Below are positions 20,077-30,111 of a stretch of 64,000 nucleotides of DNA, one piece after another. The notes under the pieces were generated by a model. That model made no database searches and was not told the DNA's origin. It saw only the letters and a program-made list of their open reading frames with translations. Each line of letters opens with the position of its first letter. Position 1 is the stretch's first letter. Both the position numbers and the translations under genes were made by a program. Source of the stretch: Verrucomicrobiota bacterium (GTDB lineage: Bacteria > Verrucomicrobiota > Verrucomicrobiia > Opitutales > Cerasicoccaceae); assembly GCA_039818205.1 (NCBI GenBank), contig JBCBUK010000007.1:32001-96000 (forward strand). The letters run 5' to 3'.

Positions 20077-20613
20077 TTAAGTGTGCATACTGAGTTGGCG
20101 GTGGATGCAGTCAGATAACTGCGAACGGCTCCTGCGAAGCATCTGCGATAGGCCATTTGCAGATCGCCCGGATTTCTCGGCTAAAGCCTCAACCGATAGA
20201 TCACCTTCGTATCGTCGAATCAGCAGATCACGGCGCTCGCCGTCCATTTTTCCCAGGCAGGTATCAAGCGCATCCAGCAGTTCGTTCGAGCTGCTAAAAT
20301 GCGGTTCCTCTTTTGCCAGCAGGTCAATGAGGCTGTCATCAAACTGCAAACGGCTACGCTCCCGGCCATTATCTCTAAAGTGTGCTTTCACCTGAAAGTA
20401 GGCAATGCGGTAGGCCCACTTCAGAAACGTTGTTTCCGGGTCCCAATCCATCCGCTTCTTCCAGATGATTACATTCGTCTTCTGCAGGATATCATCCACA
20501 TCTTGCCGGTGACCAACGAGCTTCCAAATATAGGAACGCAGCGGCGTTTGGGCTTCCGAAATTTCGATTACGAAGGCCTCATCGAGGTCACCATTTGTCG
20601 GGTCAGGGCGCAC
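20077..20613 (-). CDS. ECF sigma-70 factor (Rhodopirellula/Verrucomicrobium type)
   Basis: DVDDILQKTNVIIWKK and FLKWAYRIAYFQV (region 2). Region 4 ends in LRRSRSQLSDCI. Confidence 0.92.
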   Translation of the reverse strand: MRPDPTNGDLDEAFVIEISEAQTPLRSYIWKLVGHRQDVDDILQKTNVIIWKKRMDWDPETTFLKWAYRIAYFQVKAHFRDNGRERSRLQFDDSLIDLLAKEEPHFSSSNELLDALDTCLGKMDGERRDLLIRRYEGDLSVEALAEKSGRSANGLSQMLRRSRSQLSDCIHRQLSMHT

Positions 20614-20998
20614 GGCTAAATTATAATTTGATGATGTCGGCGCGGTGTTGAGCGCACAACGTCGCTAAATATCTATACCACAGGTCCAGCAAATGTGACG
20701 CATATTCTGACGACTTTTTTACGGCTCAAGAATTGGCGAGCCTTAGGCACCATTTGAGGGCTTAAACAAGTTTTTAACAACATCGGATGATCTAATCGGC
20801 ATTTTTTCGCCAAAACGCCGGCCATTCCCCAATCTCCAAACCAAATCGGATCGGACTCGCGGCTAGTAATAATGGGGGCTCGCAAGTTGGTAAACTTTAC
20901 AAACAACCTTGAGCCGAATAGGATTTCAGCGAGAGCGCAAATAGTGACCACTACGGGCTTTACTCGAGAATAGAGGGCGAAAATTGCTTATTTACCCT

Positions 20999-23900
20999 AT
21001 GACAAAACTCAGATCCCTATTCACACTGTTTGTTCTCTCCGCGAGCCTTTGTAGCGCCGCATTCGACCAGTCGAAAGACATTCTGATCGCGCAGTTCGAT
21101 AGTAACGCCGACCCAGATGACATTCATTCGATTGCAGCCCTCGGCTGTATGTTGGCGCACCAGGACTATGCCGGGGTCAACTATTTCGCTGTCGCTGGCG
21201 CCTACGGGATTCAGCGAGATAGCGGCTATATTGAATCCCCGCTATTCTTTCGCCTCGTTTTCGGAGAACAGAATGTCAACTGGACGGATGCTTTTGACAA
21301 CGGCAACCAAACCACCAACTGGGACGCATCGGTCATCCGCATCAAAGACAAGGTGAAGCCAATACTACAAGCCGGAGGCAAAGTCTGGGTTATGGAGGCT
21401 GGCCAGTCCGACATTACCGCCGATTGGGTGCGGGCATTGATTGCTGAAGGCGTTTCGGAGTCATTGATTAAAACAAACGTCACCGTTGTCCAACATAGCA
21501 ACTGGAACGAAGACCACACGACACCAGCCGACCTGGCCTATGTTCGCGACAAGACCAACTATGCGACCATCAATGATGGCAACGGAACCAACACGAGCCG
21601 CGACCCAAGCTCACCGGCAACACCCAGCTACCGCACAACCAACACAACGTTTCAACCCGAGGCTTATAACTCGCCAAATAACAAAGCCCGCGCCTTCTGG
21701 CTCGAGGCAAACTGGGTAATCCTGGACAAGGGACACCTCCCGAGCCATTCATCGATCACCACGGGCGGTGTCGACTTCTCCGACGTTGTTGAAGCGCACT
21801 GGATTTTCGGCTCTCCCACCGACATCAATACAACGCGAAAGTTCTGGGACAAACTCGTCGTCAACACTCCAAGCCCCAACCCAGAGCCCCAGTTCCCCAC
21901 CGGTCGCAACTACGGAGGCGATGTCACTGGCTCCAGCAGCGACCCGTGGATCGAAAGCGGCGGACTGGTTGTCATCGACCCTGAACATGGCGAGCTTCAT
22001 GAAGACTGGCGCACACGTCCAAGCACCTATCTGGATGATCCAACGATGGCTGGCAGTCTGGGCAGTGGCTGGATTGAATGGACCGGCCCACAAAAGTTTA
22101 ACACAACCCTCGACGATAGCGCCGCCAACGGGATCAGCACTCTCCGGTTCGAAATTAAGACCGCCGGAGAATACACCTTTCGCTGGCGCACCAAGCAGTA
22201 CAATGCCGGACAGGCAGGTGACCAAGGCAATGATACCTACGTAAAATTTGAAACTGGCACTCCGATTGAAGCCACCGGCTCAAAGGGAACCAAATACACG
22301 CTCACAAAGTTTACCAAAGTCTGGATTCAAAATAAACAGGCTTGGTCATGGGGTGTGAACTTTGAACCGCACCACGGTGAGTTCGTCAATACCGCTAAAG
22401 TCTTCTACAATGCGGGCGTTCATGAAATCAAACTCGCTGGCCGTTCACGCGGCCACGCGATTGACCGCATCGTCCTGCACCACTCTACGGTGCCGTTCAA
22501 TGCGGCAAATTTCCAGAATGCTCCGGAGTCGGAACGCAGTGGTTCAGGAATCATCTACGATGCCACGGAAGACTTCTCATCCATTAACACGGGCGAAGTC
22601 CCCTACTACGTCGACAACGGCAATGATGCATTGGCGATCAACGCCGGGAACACCAACTACCGCGATAAGTTCGCCCGCGCTCAACTTACCTTCGATGGCC
22701 AATCTGGCCGATACGATATTACCATTACTACGATGACCGAGGAAGATGGTGAGTCGACCTACCGCCTTCTCATCAACGGTAGTGTTATTTCCACCTATCA
22801 AAACCCGCGCGTCGGATCGAGCGCTGACCTCCAACCCAACAACCACACCTGGGGAAATATTCAAATCAACAACGGCGATACGCTTGCCATTGAATCCAAC
22901 TCTGCATCCAACGATATCATTCCCGAGGACGGTGGGTTTGCCTGGGCTCGCGGCCGTTGGCAGCAAATCGAGTTGGTTCCCAATACCACCGGTTCCGGGC
23001 TGTCCGTGAATGCGGGCGACGACGCGACCATTTTCTATCCGCCTGCATCAATCGTGTTGAATGGATCAGCCAGCGATGACACCGGTATCAGCACACTTCT
23101 GTGGACCCAGGAATCAGGGCCCAGCACCGCAAGCCTGACTGGCGAAGCAACGACAACTCTCAACGCATCCAACCTAGTCGAAGGCACCTACGTGTTTCGA
23201 TTGACGGCGACTGACACCGATTCAAATCAGGAATTCGACGAAGTCTCAGTCATCGTTCAGAGCGAACCACCAGCGATTAATCGCGTTTACATCTGGCAAG
23301 AAGACTTCGAAGGCGCGACGCTTGGCGCAATTTCGGGTAACAATGAAACGCTCGTCGGAACCGTTATTCAAACGGCCAATACCTTGGCCAGTGAGGTTGT
23401 TGCCGCACCCGCAGGATTTACATCAGCAAGCGGTAACGTTATACGCCTTTCAACGGGAGCGAATTCGTTTTCCGCCCTACGCTCACCATCCGAGATCGAT
23501 TTGAGCCAATACCATTTCCGAGATGGTGACCGCTACATTCTTGCCTTTGACCTCTATATTCCTGCTGACCTCTCAAGCCCAGTCGGCGCCGTAAACTTCC
23601 GCTGGAAGAATGGCGGCAACACCACCAACGGCCCAACCGAGGTCACCTACGAACAACAAAGCGCTGGCGTTTGGCGCATCGAATACAGCGGCACGTTTCC
23701 AGTCGATACAGGCAACGGTGACTTTCACCCGACCAATGTTCGTCCGTTCATTTGGTTCGATCAAGATGGCTCTGCCGTCAGCGACTTCGCTTACCTTGAC
23801 AACATTGCTTTCCGCATCGAACCGCCCCGCATCACCCGCACCAGTCTTTGGAGCGAGGACTTCGAATCGCTGACTCTCGGGGCTCAATCAGGCAACAACC

Positions 23901-24784
23901 AAACCCTACCGGGGAGTAGCATTCAAACCGCCAATACGCTCGAAAGCGAAGTGGTGAATGCGCCGGCGGAATTTACTTCTGCTTCTGGAAAAGTCATCCG
24001 CTTGACGACGGGGGCCAATAGCTTCTCGGCTATACGACCTTCAATCAGCGAAATCGACCTGAGTGGATACAATCTACAAGACGGCGACCAATTTACCCTG
24101 TCGTTCGATGTATATATTCCGGCCGATCTAGCAGCGCCCGTTGGCTCCGTAAACTTTCGATGGAAAAACGGAAGTAACACTGGCAATGGACCAACCGACA
24201 CCACAAACGGAGTCATCAGCGCAGGCGTTCACCGGGTGGTCTACACTGGTACATTTCCAGTCGACAGCGGCAGTGGTGATTTCATCCCGACAAACGTTCG
24301 TCCATTCATCTGGTTTGACCTAAATGGCGCGGCTGCCAGCAACTATGTCTACTTTGACAATCTCAATCTAGAAATCGCTCCGCCAAGCGGCGGACTAAAT
24401 GGCTTCGAAAAGTTCGAAAGCGACTACTCAATTGCATTTGGTCATGACGGAGACGACGATGGTGATGGCCTAGTTAACCTCCTAGAGTATGCCTTCGGTG
24501 GACATCCCAAGCAAAGTCGAGATGCCGCACATCGGCCAAGGCTCAGGATCGATCGTTCGAACGGCACGGACGTCATGGAATTTGAATTCCGCCGCCTCAA
24601 GGATGAGGAAAGCGGTATCATCTACCGCGTTCAAATCAGCAACGACTTGCGCACCTGGAACAACACAAACCTAACCACTACCGTCGAACCGGATTCGCCG
24701 GAATTCGAAATGGTCAAGCTCGAGATTCCATCTGATGTAATGCCAACCTTCGTTCGCTTGGAGGTTGAAATGGTCATCCCATAA
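20999..24784 (+). CDS. Large secreted modular protein (DxxxDxDD N-domain, CBM-like and PKD modules, tandem duplicated domain, C-terminal verrucomicrobial domain)
   Basis: Signal peptide from ATG 20999, FDSNADPDD, PKD-like VNAGDD...GTYVFRLTATD, two ~180-aa repeats and DGDGLVNLLEYAFGG. Confidence 0.85.
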   Translation: MTKLRSLFTLFVLSASLCSAAFDQSKDILIAQFDSNADPDDIHSIAALGCMLAHQDYAGVNYFAVAGAYGIQRDSGYIESPLFFRLVFGEQNVNWTDAFDNGNQTTNWDASVIRIKDKVKPILQAGGKVWVMEAGQSDITADWVRALIAEGVSESLIKTNVTVVQHSNWNEDHTTPADLAYVRDKTNYATINDGNGTNTSRDPSSPATPSYRTTNTTFQPEAYNSPNNKARAFWLEANWVILDKGHLPSHSSITTGGVDFSDVVEAHWIFGSPTDINTTRKFWDKLVVNTPSPNPEPQFPTGRNYGGDVTGSSSDPWIESGGLVVIDPEHGELHEDWRTRPSTYLDDPTMAGSLGSGWIEWTGPQKFNTTLDDSAANGISTLRFEIKTAGEYTFRWRTKQYNAGQAGDQGNDTYVKFETGTPIEATGSKGTKYTLTKFTKVWIQNKQAWSWGVNFEPHHGEFVNTAKVFYNAGVHEIKLAGRSRGHAIDRIVLHHSTVPFNAANFQNAPESERSGSGIIYDATEDFSSINTGEVPYYVDNGNDALAINAGNTNYRDKFARAQLTFDGQSGRYDITITTMTEEDGESTYRLLINGSVISTYQNPRVGSSADLQPNNHTWGNIQINNGDTLAIESNSASNDIIPEDGGFAWARGRWQQIELVPNTTGSGLSVNAGDDATIFYPPASIVLNGSASDDTGISTLLWTQESGPSTASLTGEATTTLNASNLVEGTYVFRLTATDTDSNQEFDEVSVIVQSEPPAINRVYIWQEDFEGATLGAISGNNETLVGTVIQTANTLASEVVAAPAGFTSASGNVIRLSTGANSFSALRSPSEIDLSQYHFRDGDRYILAFDLYIPADLSSPVGAVNFRWKNGGNTTNGPTEVTYEQQSAGVWRIEYSGTFPVDTGNGDFHPTNVRPFIWFDQDGSAVSDFAYLDNIAFRIEPPRITRTSLWSEDFESLTLGAQSGNNQTLPGSSIQTANTLESEVVNAPAEFTSASGKVIRLTTGANSFSAIRPSISEIDLSGYNLQDGDQFTLSFDVYIPADLAAPVGSVNFRWKNGSNTGNGPTDTTNGVISAGVHRVVYTGTFPVDSGSGDFIPTNVRPFIWFDLNGAAASNYVYFDNLNLEIAPPSGGLNGFEKFESDYSIAFGHDGDDDGDGLVNLLEYAFGGHPKQSRDAAHRPRLRIDRSNGTDVMEFEFRRLKDEESGIIYRVQISNDLRTWNNTNLTTTVEPDSPEFEMVKLEIPSDVMPTFVRLEVEMVIP
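23291..24383 (+). repeat. Intragenic tandem duplication of a ~180-aa domain
   Basis: Two copies (about 23291-23828 and 23846-24383) share WxEDFE, IQTANTL, FTSASG, GANSFSA, YIPADL, VNFRWKNG, GTFPVD and PTNVRPFIWFD. Confidence 0.9.
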
Positions 24785-24831
24785 ATTTCTCTCCCCTAAG
24801 AGAAACTACACCCAACATCCAAACCCAGATG

Positions 24832-24870
24832 AACCCTCGGCGCCAACTCGGCCCGAGGGTTTTTCTTTCT
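24832..24870 (+). terminator. Intrinsic terminator
   Basis: AACCCTCGG...CCGAGGGTT followed by TTTCTTTCT. Confidence 0.7.
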
Positions 24871-24960
24871 TCAATGATGATCGACTCAACGATATCCAAA
24901 GTAACAAAAAAGCCCTCCACCACATGGTAGAGAGCTTCACTCACTAAAACTAGAAATTGA

Positions 24961-25665
24961 TTACTTTCGCTGACGGCGACGGATGACACAGAAGCCGAGA
25001 ACTGCAGCGCCAAAGACCATGGCGTAAGTCGAGGGCTCGGGAACCGCAACAAGCTGAAGGCCATTCACGACGCCAAAAGCACCATTCGAGCTCCAATCGA
25101 TTGTAAACTCTCCGGTGCCACCAATCTCAATGCCGGAAAATAGGACATAGTTCCCACCCTCGGTCCAAGTGCTCGCAGCCGGGGCACTACCGGCAGAGAT
25201 GTTCTCGGTAGTGTCTAACAGGAACGTTCCCCCTTGGCCCGCCTGATCACCTTGAGAAACAATATAGAGGTCCCAAATAGATCCTGAAGTCAGACCAGAA
25301 AACGTCATCGTTTGTGCGGCAGTGCTGGGAGTGAAAGCATAGTTAGCAACGACATCCAATCCGCCCGTAAAGCTAAATACGCCATTGTTCGTCAGCGCCA
25401 CCGAAACGGCCGAGGCATCCCCGTCGGCGCTAAACAGGTTATTGATCGCGTTGTTGCCAAAGGTTGTTACGTGGTTGTTCCAAGTAGTTCCCGTGTAAGA
25501 AGCCGGGGAAACTGGAGCCATTGAATTGAATGCTTGATCTGCTATCGATATCCCAGGGTTAGAGCCTTGGGTTGGGGTTACCAAATTCAAGTTGTAAGTC
25601 TGCGCTTGGGCCAGCGCACCAATCGATGCGCAGAAAGAAATTAAGCCTATGTAGGAGATTTTCAT
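24961..25665 (-). CDS. PEP-CTERM sorting domain protein
   Basis: Signal peptide, then C-terminal VPEPSTYA, a TM segment and RRRQRK. Confidence 0.92.
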   Translation of the reverse strand: MKISYIGLISFCASIGALAQAQTYNLNLVTPTQGSNPGISIADQAFNSMAPVSPASYTGTTWNNHVTTFGNNAINNLFSADGDASAVSVALTNNGVFSFTGGLDVVANYAFTPSTAAQTMTFSGLTSGSIWDLYIVSQGDQAGQGGTFLLDTTENISAGSAPAASTWTEGGNYVLFSGIEIGGTGEFTIDWSSNGAFGVVNGLQLVAVPEPSTYAMVFGAAVLGFCVIRRRQRK

Positions 25666-26060
25666 GAGGTTGTAGAGTTTCTTTGGGTAATGCTCTGAAT
25701 CAAATCGATCTAACTGAAGGAATATGTCAATTGATCGGCAATGTAAAGAAGAATGTATATAACACAGAAATCAGACTTGATCCAAATAACCACCATTTAA
25801 GTGGTCCTGGATCGGTGAGTGCGTTTATGCTCCTAATGGTCAATATCACTTGTTCCAAAGCAGATCACCCGGCAATTTTGAAGTTTTTTGGCAAAAACCT
25901 TTCAACGACTACTATACACGTGCTAGACCCCTAAAACGCAACCAAACCGAAGAAAAACGCAGGAAATTTTGCCAATTTGAGACCAGAAAGCTCAGCCTCA
26001 ACTGCTGGAATATGTTAATTTTTCACCCCTGGATGAACTTAGCTAGCCCATCCTGCCGAT

Positions 26061-28340
26061 CTAGACTTCAAACACCCGAAGCCGAAATACGGCGGCGGGT
26101 GCGCCGTGGGTGGCGCGAACCACCAGTGTCACTCCCGTTGTTTCGCAAACATCATCTAACTCAAACTCGAGATGAGCTGAGTGGTTGTCTCGGACTTCGA
26201 CCAAAATGTTAGAATGATCGTCAACAATATCAAAGTCTTTGACCATGAAGGGCACAACCTCTTCTGGGTGGGTCATCAGTACGGATTCCATCGCGTGATC
26301 CCAATCAGGATCCAGCTCGACGATCATCCGTTTAATGCAGATCGCCTGATCCCAAGCTAAGGTTAGCTCAGGCTGGTCGTCGCCCGGGCTCGCAACCCAG
26401 GCATTTGGCATAGTCGTTGGCCGGGCCGGCCCTACAATTAGATTCTCTGGCTCAAAACTCCGTATTGGCGGTTCGACCCGCATAGCCAGGTTCTGACCGC
26501 CAGGCCGGCGCTGCGGTAGCCAGAATTCGAACTGGTCAATGCCAATGCCGTCCGGCGGGTTCTGTTCACTCGAAGTCGCAACTTTACGATTATACTCGCC
26601 TGATAGCGCAAGAACACCAGTCAATCGCAGCGTACTTAGCTGAACTTTCACCAACGGATTTTCCGCAATTTTGACAAAGCAATAGCCCTCCTTTTCAAGG
26701 TTCGTCTCAAACTGGATTGGTAGCTCCTGGATTCCGGATTCAAGCGGATATCGTTTTGATTCAATCAGCTCGTCTGGAGTAAAGTTTCCGGCCTTCTGCG
26801 ACCGCATCAGCTCGACAATGACCTCAGTCGCCTCCGAGGCGTCGATACTGAAAGTGATCATCGGCACCTTTCCAGCTCGGAAAGGTAGCAACATTGCAAC
26901 GGAAAAGTCCAAACACCTCCAGAGATCAGCAGCTGGCAAAGAATCGAGAACAAACTCCGAGCTCGCCGAGACCGTGGCCTTGGCCGCCAAGTCATGAGAA
27001 TTCTGCGGCTCAACACCGGGAAGAAACTGTCCCAGTCGATCTAACCGCTGTTGCAGCTTTCGCAGGCGGTTGTCCTCGAGGAGATCCCGAGGATTGCAAC
27101 CGCCCTTAAGACATTCAACTGCTGAGGCTCCAACGCCAACGCCACCGGCCGCACAAGTCAGCATAACCCGAGTCGACCCAAAGGCGACGTGGGTGGCACT
27201 GACAATTCGTCCGGCAAGGAACAAGTTGTCGATATTGCGGCTATAGAAGGAACGCAACGGCATCCCATATACGCCCTTTGCGTGCCACTGGGTGCAACCC
27301 GGCTGGTTCGAATAGATCCCGTCGGCCGGATGGAGATCAAGCGCCCACCCACCATGGGCAATGACGTCGTCGAATTGACGCTGTTCGATCAGGTCTTGCT
27401 GTTTGATGATGTAGTCGCCTTCAAAACGTCGACTCTCTCGTTTTCCTGGGACATGCCCAACCCACTCCAGAGTCAAATTCTCTGCGTCCGGGAATCCGCC
27501 AGAGTTTTTGATATAGTCCCAGACGCCATAGGCAACCCGCCACAGCTCCAATTTAATTTCCTCACTCTGGTGAATCGTATCCAGACGGCCGCCGTATTCG
27601 AACCACCAGAAATTACAGCCCTGCATATTGGTTTTGATCTCACGATAGCGCGGTATGGATTCGATGTCCTTTAGAGCCCAGCTCGGTGCCACGTATTTAA
27701 CCGGCTCGCCAATTTCCTTGGAGTAAAAATAAATCGAGTGGCCCAGCAGCTCACCGTAGGCCGCATCGGGAGCAAACAGCTCTCCAAATTCTTCTTTCGA
27801 CTCGGCACCCATGCGAAATGCCGCGCCAGCCAGGAATCCAATAATCCCATCACCCGAGGCATCACAAAAAAGGCGAGCCTTTAGATGATAGCGGGTTGAA
27901 TTCTGCGAACAAAATGCATGAACACCTGCAATCGAATCGGCACCATTTTTCTCCACTTCAACCGCAGCAGTATTCAACAATACGGTCAGGTTCTCTTCCT
28001 CAAAACACTTCTCCAAGAGGATGGTATCGAAGATAATCGGATTACCTTGTCGATTCCGATAAAGATTCTCCTCCAGGATTTCGTTGACCAGGCCGCCTTC
28101 CCGTGACCAGCGGTTGTTGTTGCCCATGTGCGAGGTTGCCCCCAACGCCCACAGACGAACCTCACTAGATGCGTTTCCACCCAAAACCGGGCGATCCTGA
28201 ACCAAAACAGTTTTTAGCCCTTCGCGCGCGGCAGTTACTGCGGCGCAAACGCCGGCGAGGCCACCACCGACCACGACAAAATCAGACTCCAGAACCTCCG
28301 TTCTCAGGGAACGCTCGATTGCTTCTGCCTCAACGATCAT
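26061..28340 (-). CDS. FAD-dependent oxidoreductase (PF12831-type)
   Basis: VVGGGLAGVCAA, QDRPVLGGNASSEVR, DASGDG, GKRESRRF, DLHP and STRVM motifs. Confidence 0.9.
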   Translation of the reverse strand: MIVEAEAIERSLRTEVLESDFVVVGGGLAGVCAAVTAAREGLKTVLVQDRPVLGGNASSEVRLWALGATSHMGNNNRWSREGGLVNEILEENLYRNRQGNPIIFDTILLEKCFEEENLTVLLNTAAVEVEKNGADSIAGVHAFCSQNSTRYHLKARLFCDASGDGIIGFLAGAAFRMGAESKEEFGELFAPDAAYGELLGHSIYFYSKEIGEPVKYVAPSWALKDIESIPRYREIKTNMQGCNFWWFEYGGRLDTIHQSEEIKLELWRVAYGVWDYIKNSGGFPDAENLTLEWVGHVPGKRESRRFEGDYIIKQQDLIEQRQFDDVIAHGGWALDLHPADGIYSNQPGCTQWHAKGVYGMPLRSFYSRNIDNLFLAGRIVSATHVAFGSTRVMLTCAAGGVGVGASAVECLKGGCNPRDLLEDNRLRKLQQRLDRLGQFLPGVEPQNSHDLAAKATVSASSEFVLDSLPAADLWRCLDFSVAMLLPFRAGKVPMITFSIDASEATEVIVELMRSQKAGNFTPDELIESKRYPLESGIQELPIQFETNLEKEGYCFVKIAENPLVKVQLSTLRLTGVLALSGEYNRKVATSSEQNPPDGIGIDQFEFWLPQRRPGGQNLAMRVEPPIRSFEPENLIVGPARPTTMPNAWVASPGDDQPELTLAWDQAICIKRMIVELDPDWDHAMESVLMTHPEEVVPFMVKDFDIVDDHSNILVEVRDNHSAHLEFELDDVCETTGVTLVVRATHGAPAAVFRLRVFEV

Positions 28341-28566
28341 AAAATTTAGCTCGATTAATGTGAATCGTTCGGCTCAACCAGAATAACTACGTAAGCCGAA
28401 GAAGACACCATAACACGAGACGATCGAGTGCTCTAGGCGCATATGCGCAATATGAGTATCCTTTTGCGCCACATAAATTCGAATACCAATCTCAAAAGAT
28501 AGAAACAAAAAATCCGCCGAGCAAACGAGGCGTCTCTATGGCGCCTTGGCGCGCTTGATTAGCCGT

Positions 28567-29280
28567 CTATCGTCGATTGCGCCGCCGTAGAAAACAGACG
28601 GTCAAAGCCGCAACACCGACGATCATCGCATAGGTTGTGGGCTCGGGAATGCGCACGAGCTGCGCGCCGTTAACAATGCGAACGTCCTTGCCTGATGGCG
28701 TGGTCCAATCGATCGACAATGAACCCGACGAATCAGCCTCTACGTTGGAAAAGAGGACGTAGTTATCGCCTTCTACCCACTCAGTTGCCTGCGGGTTCGA
28801 TCCAGTAGCCGACTTCTCGACACCATCGACGGTAAACGTTCCACCCTGCCCGGCAACATCGCCTTGCGATATCAGATAAAGGTTCCAGACCGATTCTGGC
28901 TCCAATCCATCAAAAACTATTTTACGGGGATCTAGTCCCTTCACAAAAGCATAATTTCTAAGAATCTGTTGGTTGGTTTCAAAGCTCCATGCAGCGTCTG
29001 GCGCAATCGATACGGATACCGCCGTCAGGTTACCTACCGAATCGCTTAGATCTTCCATCGTAACCTTCTTAAACAAGATATCCATATTGTTCCAAGCGGA
29101 ACCATCATTGGCGTAAGGAGAAATTGGACTCTCTTCGCTAAAGGCTCGGTCGTCAATCGTTGCCAAAGGATGATGACCCTGAACAGGAGCCACAAAATTT
29201 AGGTTGTAAACCTCCTCGGCCAACAGGCTCGAAACAACAACCGGAAGGATGAGAATCGGTAGGAACTTTCCTTGAATCAT
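28567..29280 (-). CDS. PEP-CTERM sorting domain protein, paralog of 24961..25665
   Basis: IPEPTTYA, TM segment and RRRNRR. Shares YNLN, WNN, NYAF, SQGDxAGQGGTF and EGxNYVLFS with the 24961 gene. Confidence 0.92.
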   Translation of the reverse strand: MIQGKFLPILILPVVVSSLLAEEVYNLNFVAPVQGHHPLATIDDRAFSEESPISPYANDGSAWNNMDILFKKVTMEDLSDSVGNLTAVSVSIAPDAAWSFETNQQILRNYAFVKGLDPRKIVFDGLEPESVWNLYLISQGDVAGQGGTFTVDGVEKSATGSNPQATEWVEGDNYVLFSNVEADSSGSLSIDWTTPSGKDVRIVNGAQLVRIPEPTTYAMIVGVAALTVCFLRRRNRR

Positions 29281-29559
29281 TACTTGGTATCTTGGGAGAT
29301 TAAATCCGAGGTTGGGGATCTCGAACGAAGCTGATTGGGCGGAAGTGGGTCAAAATATACAATCAAAAAATAAAGAAAAACATCCATTAATCCAATAGGA
29401 ACACCCCCGCATTCTACTTACTCGGATCGATTGCTTAGCAACTTAACAAAAGAATATCAGTAAATTCTGAAAAATGTCCTAAGAAAACGCGTTTAGCTGC
29501 GTAAGCCCTTTAGAAACAGCTTCACCGGTGGTGCTAACAACACTAATTTTAAATTCCTA

Positions 29560-30099
29560 ATGGGCAATGATCCAATTACCGAATCCGTTCGCGACCAGCT
29601 TAAAACCGCGGTCGAAACCCACTCGCTCCCTCTTTCGCGCTACGCCTACTCCCTTTGCGGCTGCATCCACCGGTCCCGCGATGCCGTCCAGGATACCTTC
29701 TTGCGGCTCGCCCGGCGGCCAGAACCCGTACAACCGGATGAGCGTCTGGCTCCCTGGCTATTCAAAGTCTGTCGTTCTCGGGTCATCGACCATTTCCGCA
29801 AGGAGGGCAAAATGAGCGAACTCTCCGAAATCGCCGAAATGACCTTACCGGCGGAAGACTCACTCCAACCGAACGACGCCACCGAAACGACGGATAGCTG
29901 CGCTGCGGTTTGGCAGTTCATTGCCAAGCTCCCAGTCAATCAACGCGAAGTCATCCGCCTCAAATTCCAAAACCAAATGAGCTACCAGGAAATAGCCGAC
30001 GTTACCGAGCTATCGGTTAGCAACGTGGGCTACCTCCTGCATACGGCAATGGCCACGCTGCGCCAGCAACTAAAAACCGAAACCGACCTGTTAGCTTAA
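29560..30099 (+). CDS. ECF sigma-70 factor
   Basis: DAVQDTFLRL and WLFKVCRSRVIDHFRK (region 2); LPVNQREVIRLKF..MSYQEIA (region 4). Confidence 0.92.
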   Translation: MGNDPITESVRDQLKTAVETHSLPLSRYAYSLCGCIHRSRDAVQDTFLRLARRPEPVQPDERLAPWLFKVCRSRVIDHFRKEGKMSELSEIAEMTLPAEDSLQPNDATETTDSCAAVWQFIAKLPVNQREVIRLKFQNQMSYQEIADVTELSVSNVGYLLHTAMATLRQQLKTETDLLA

Positions 30100-30111
30100 A
30101 ATTTTATAGTC

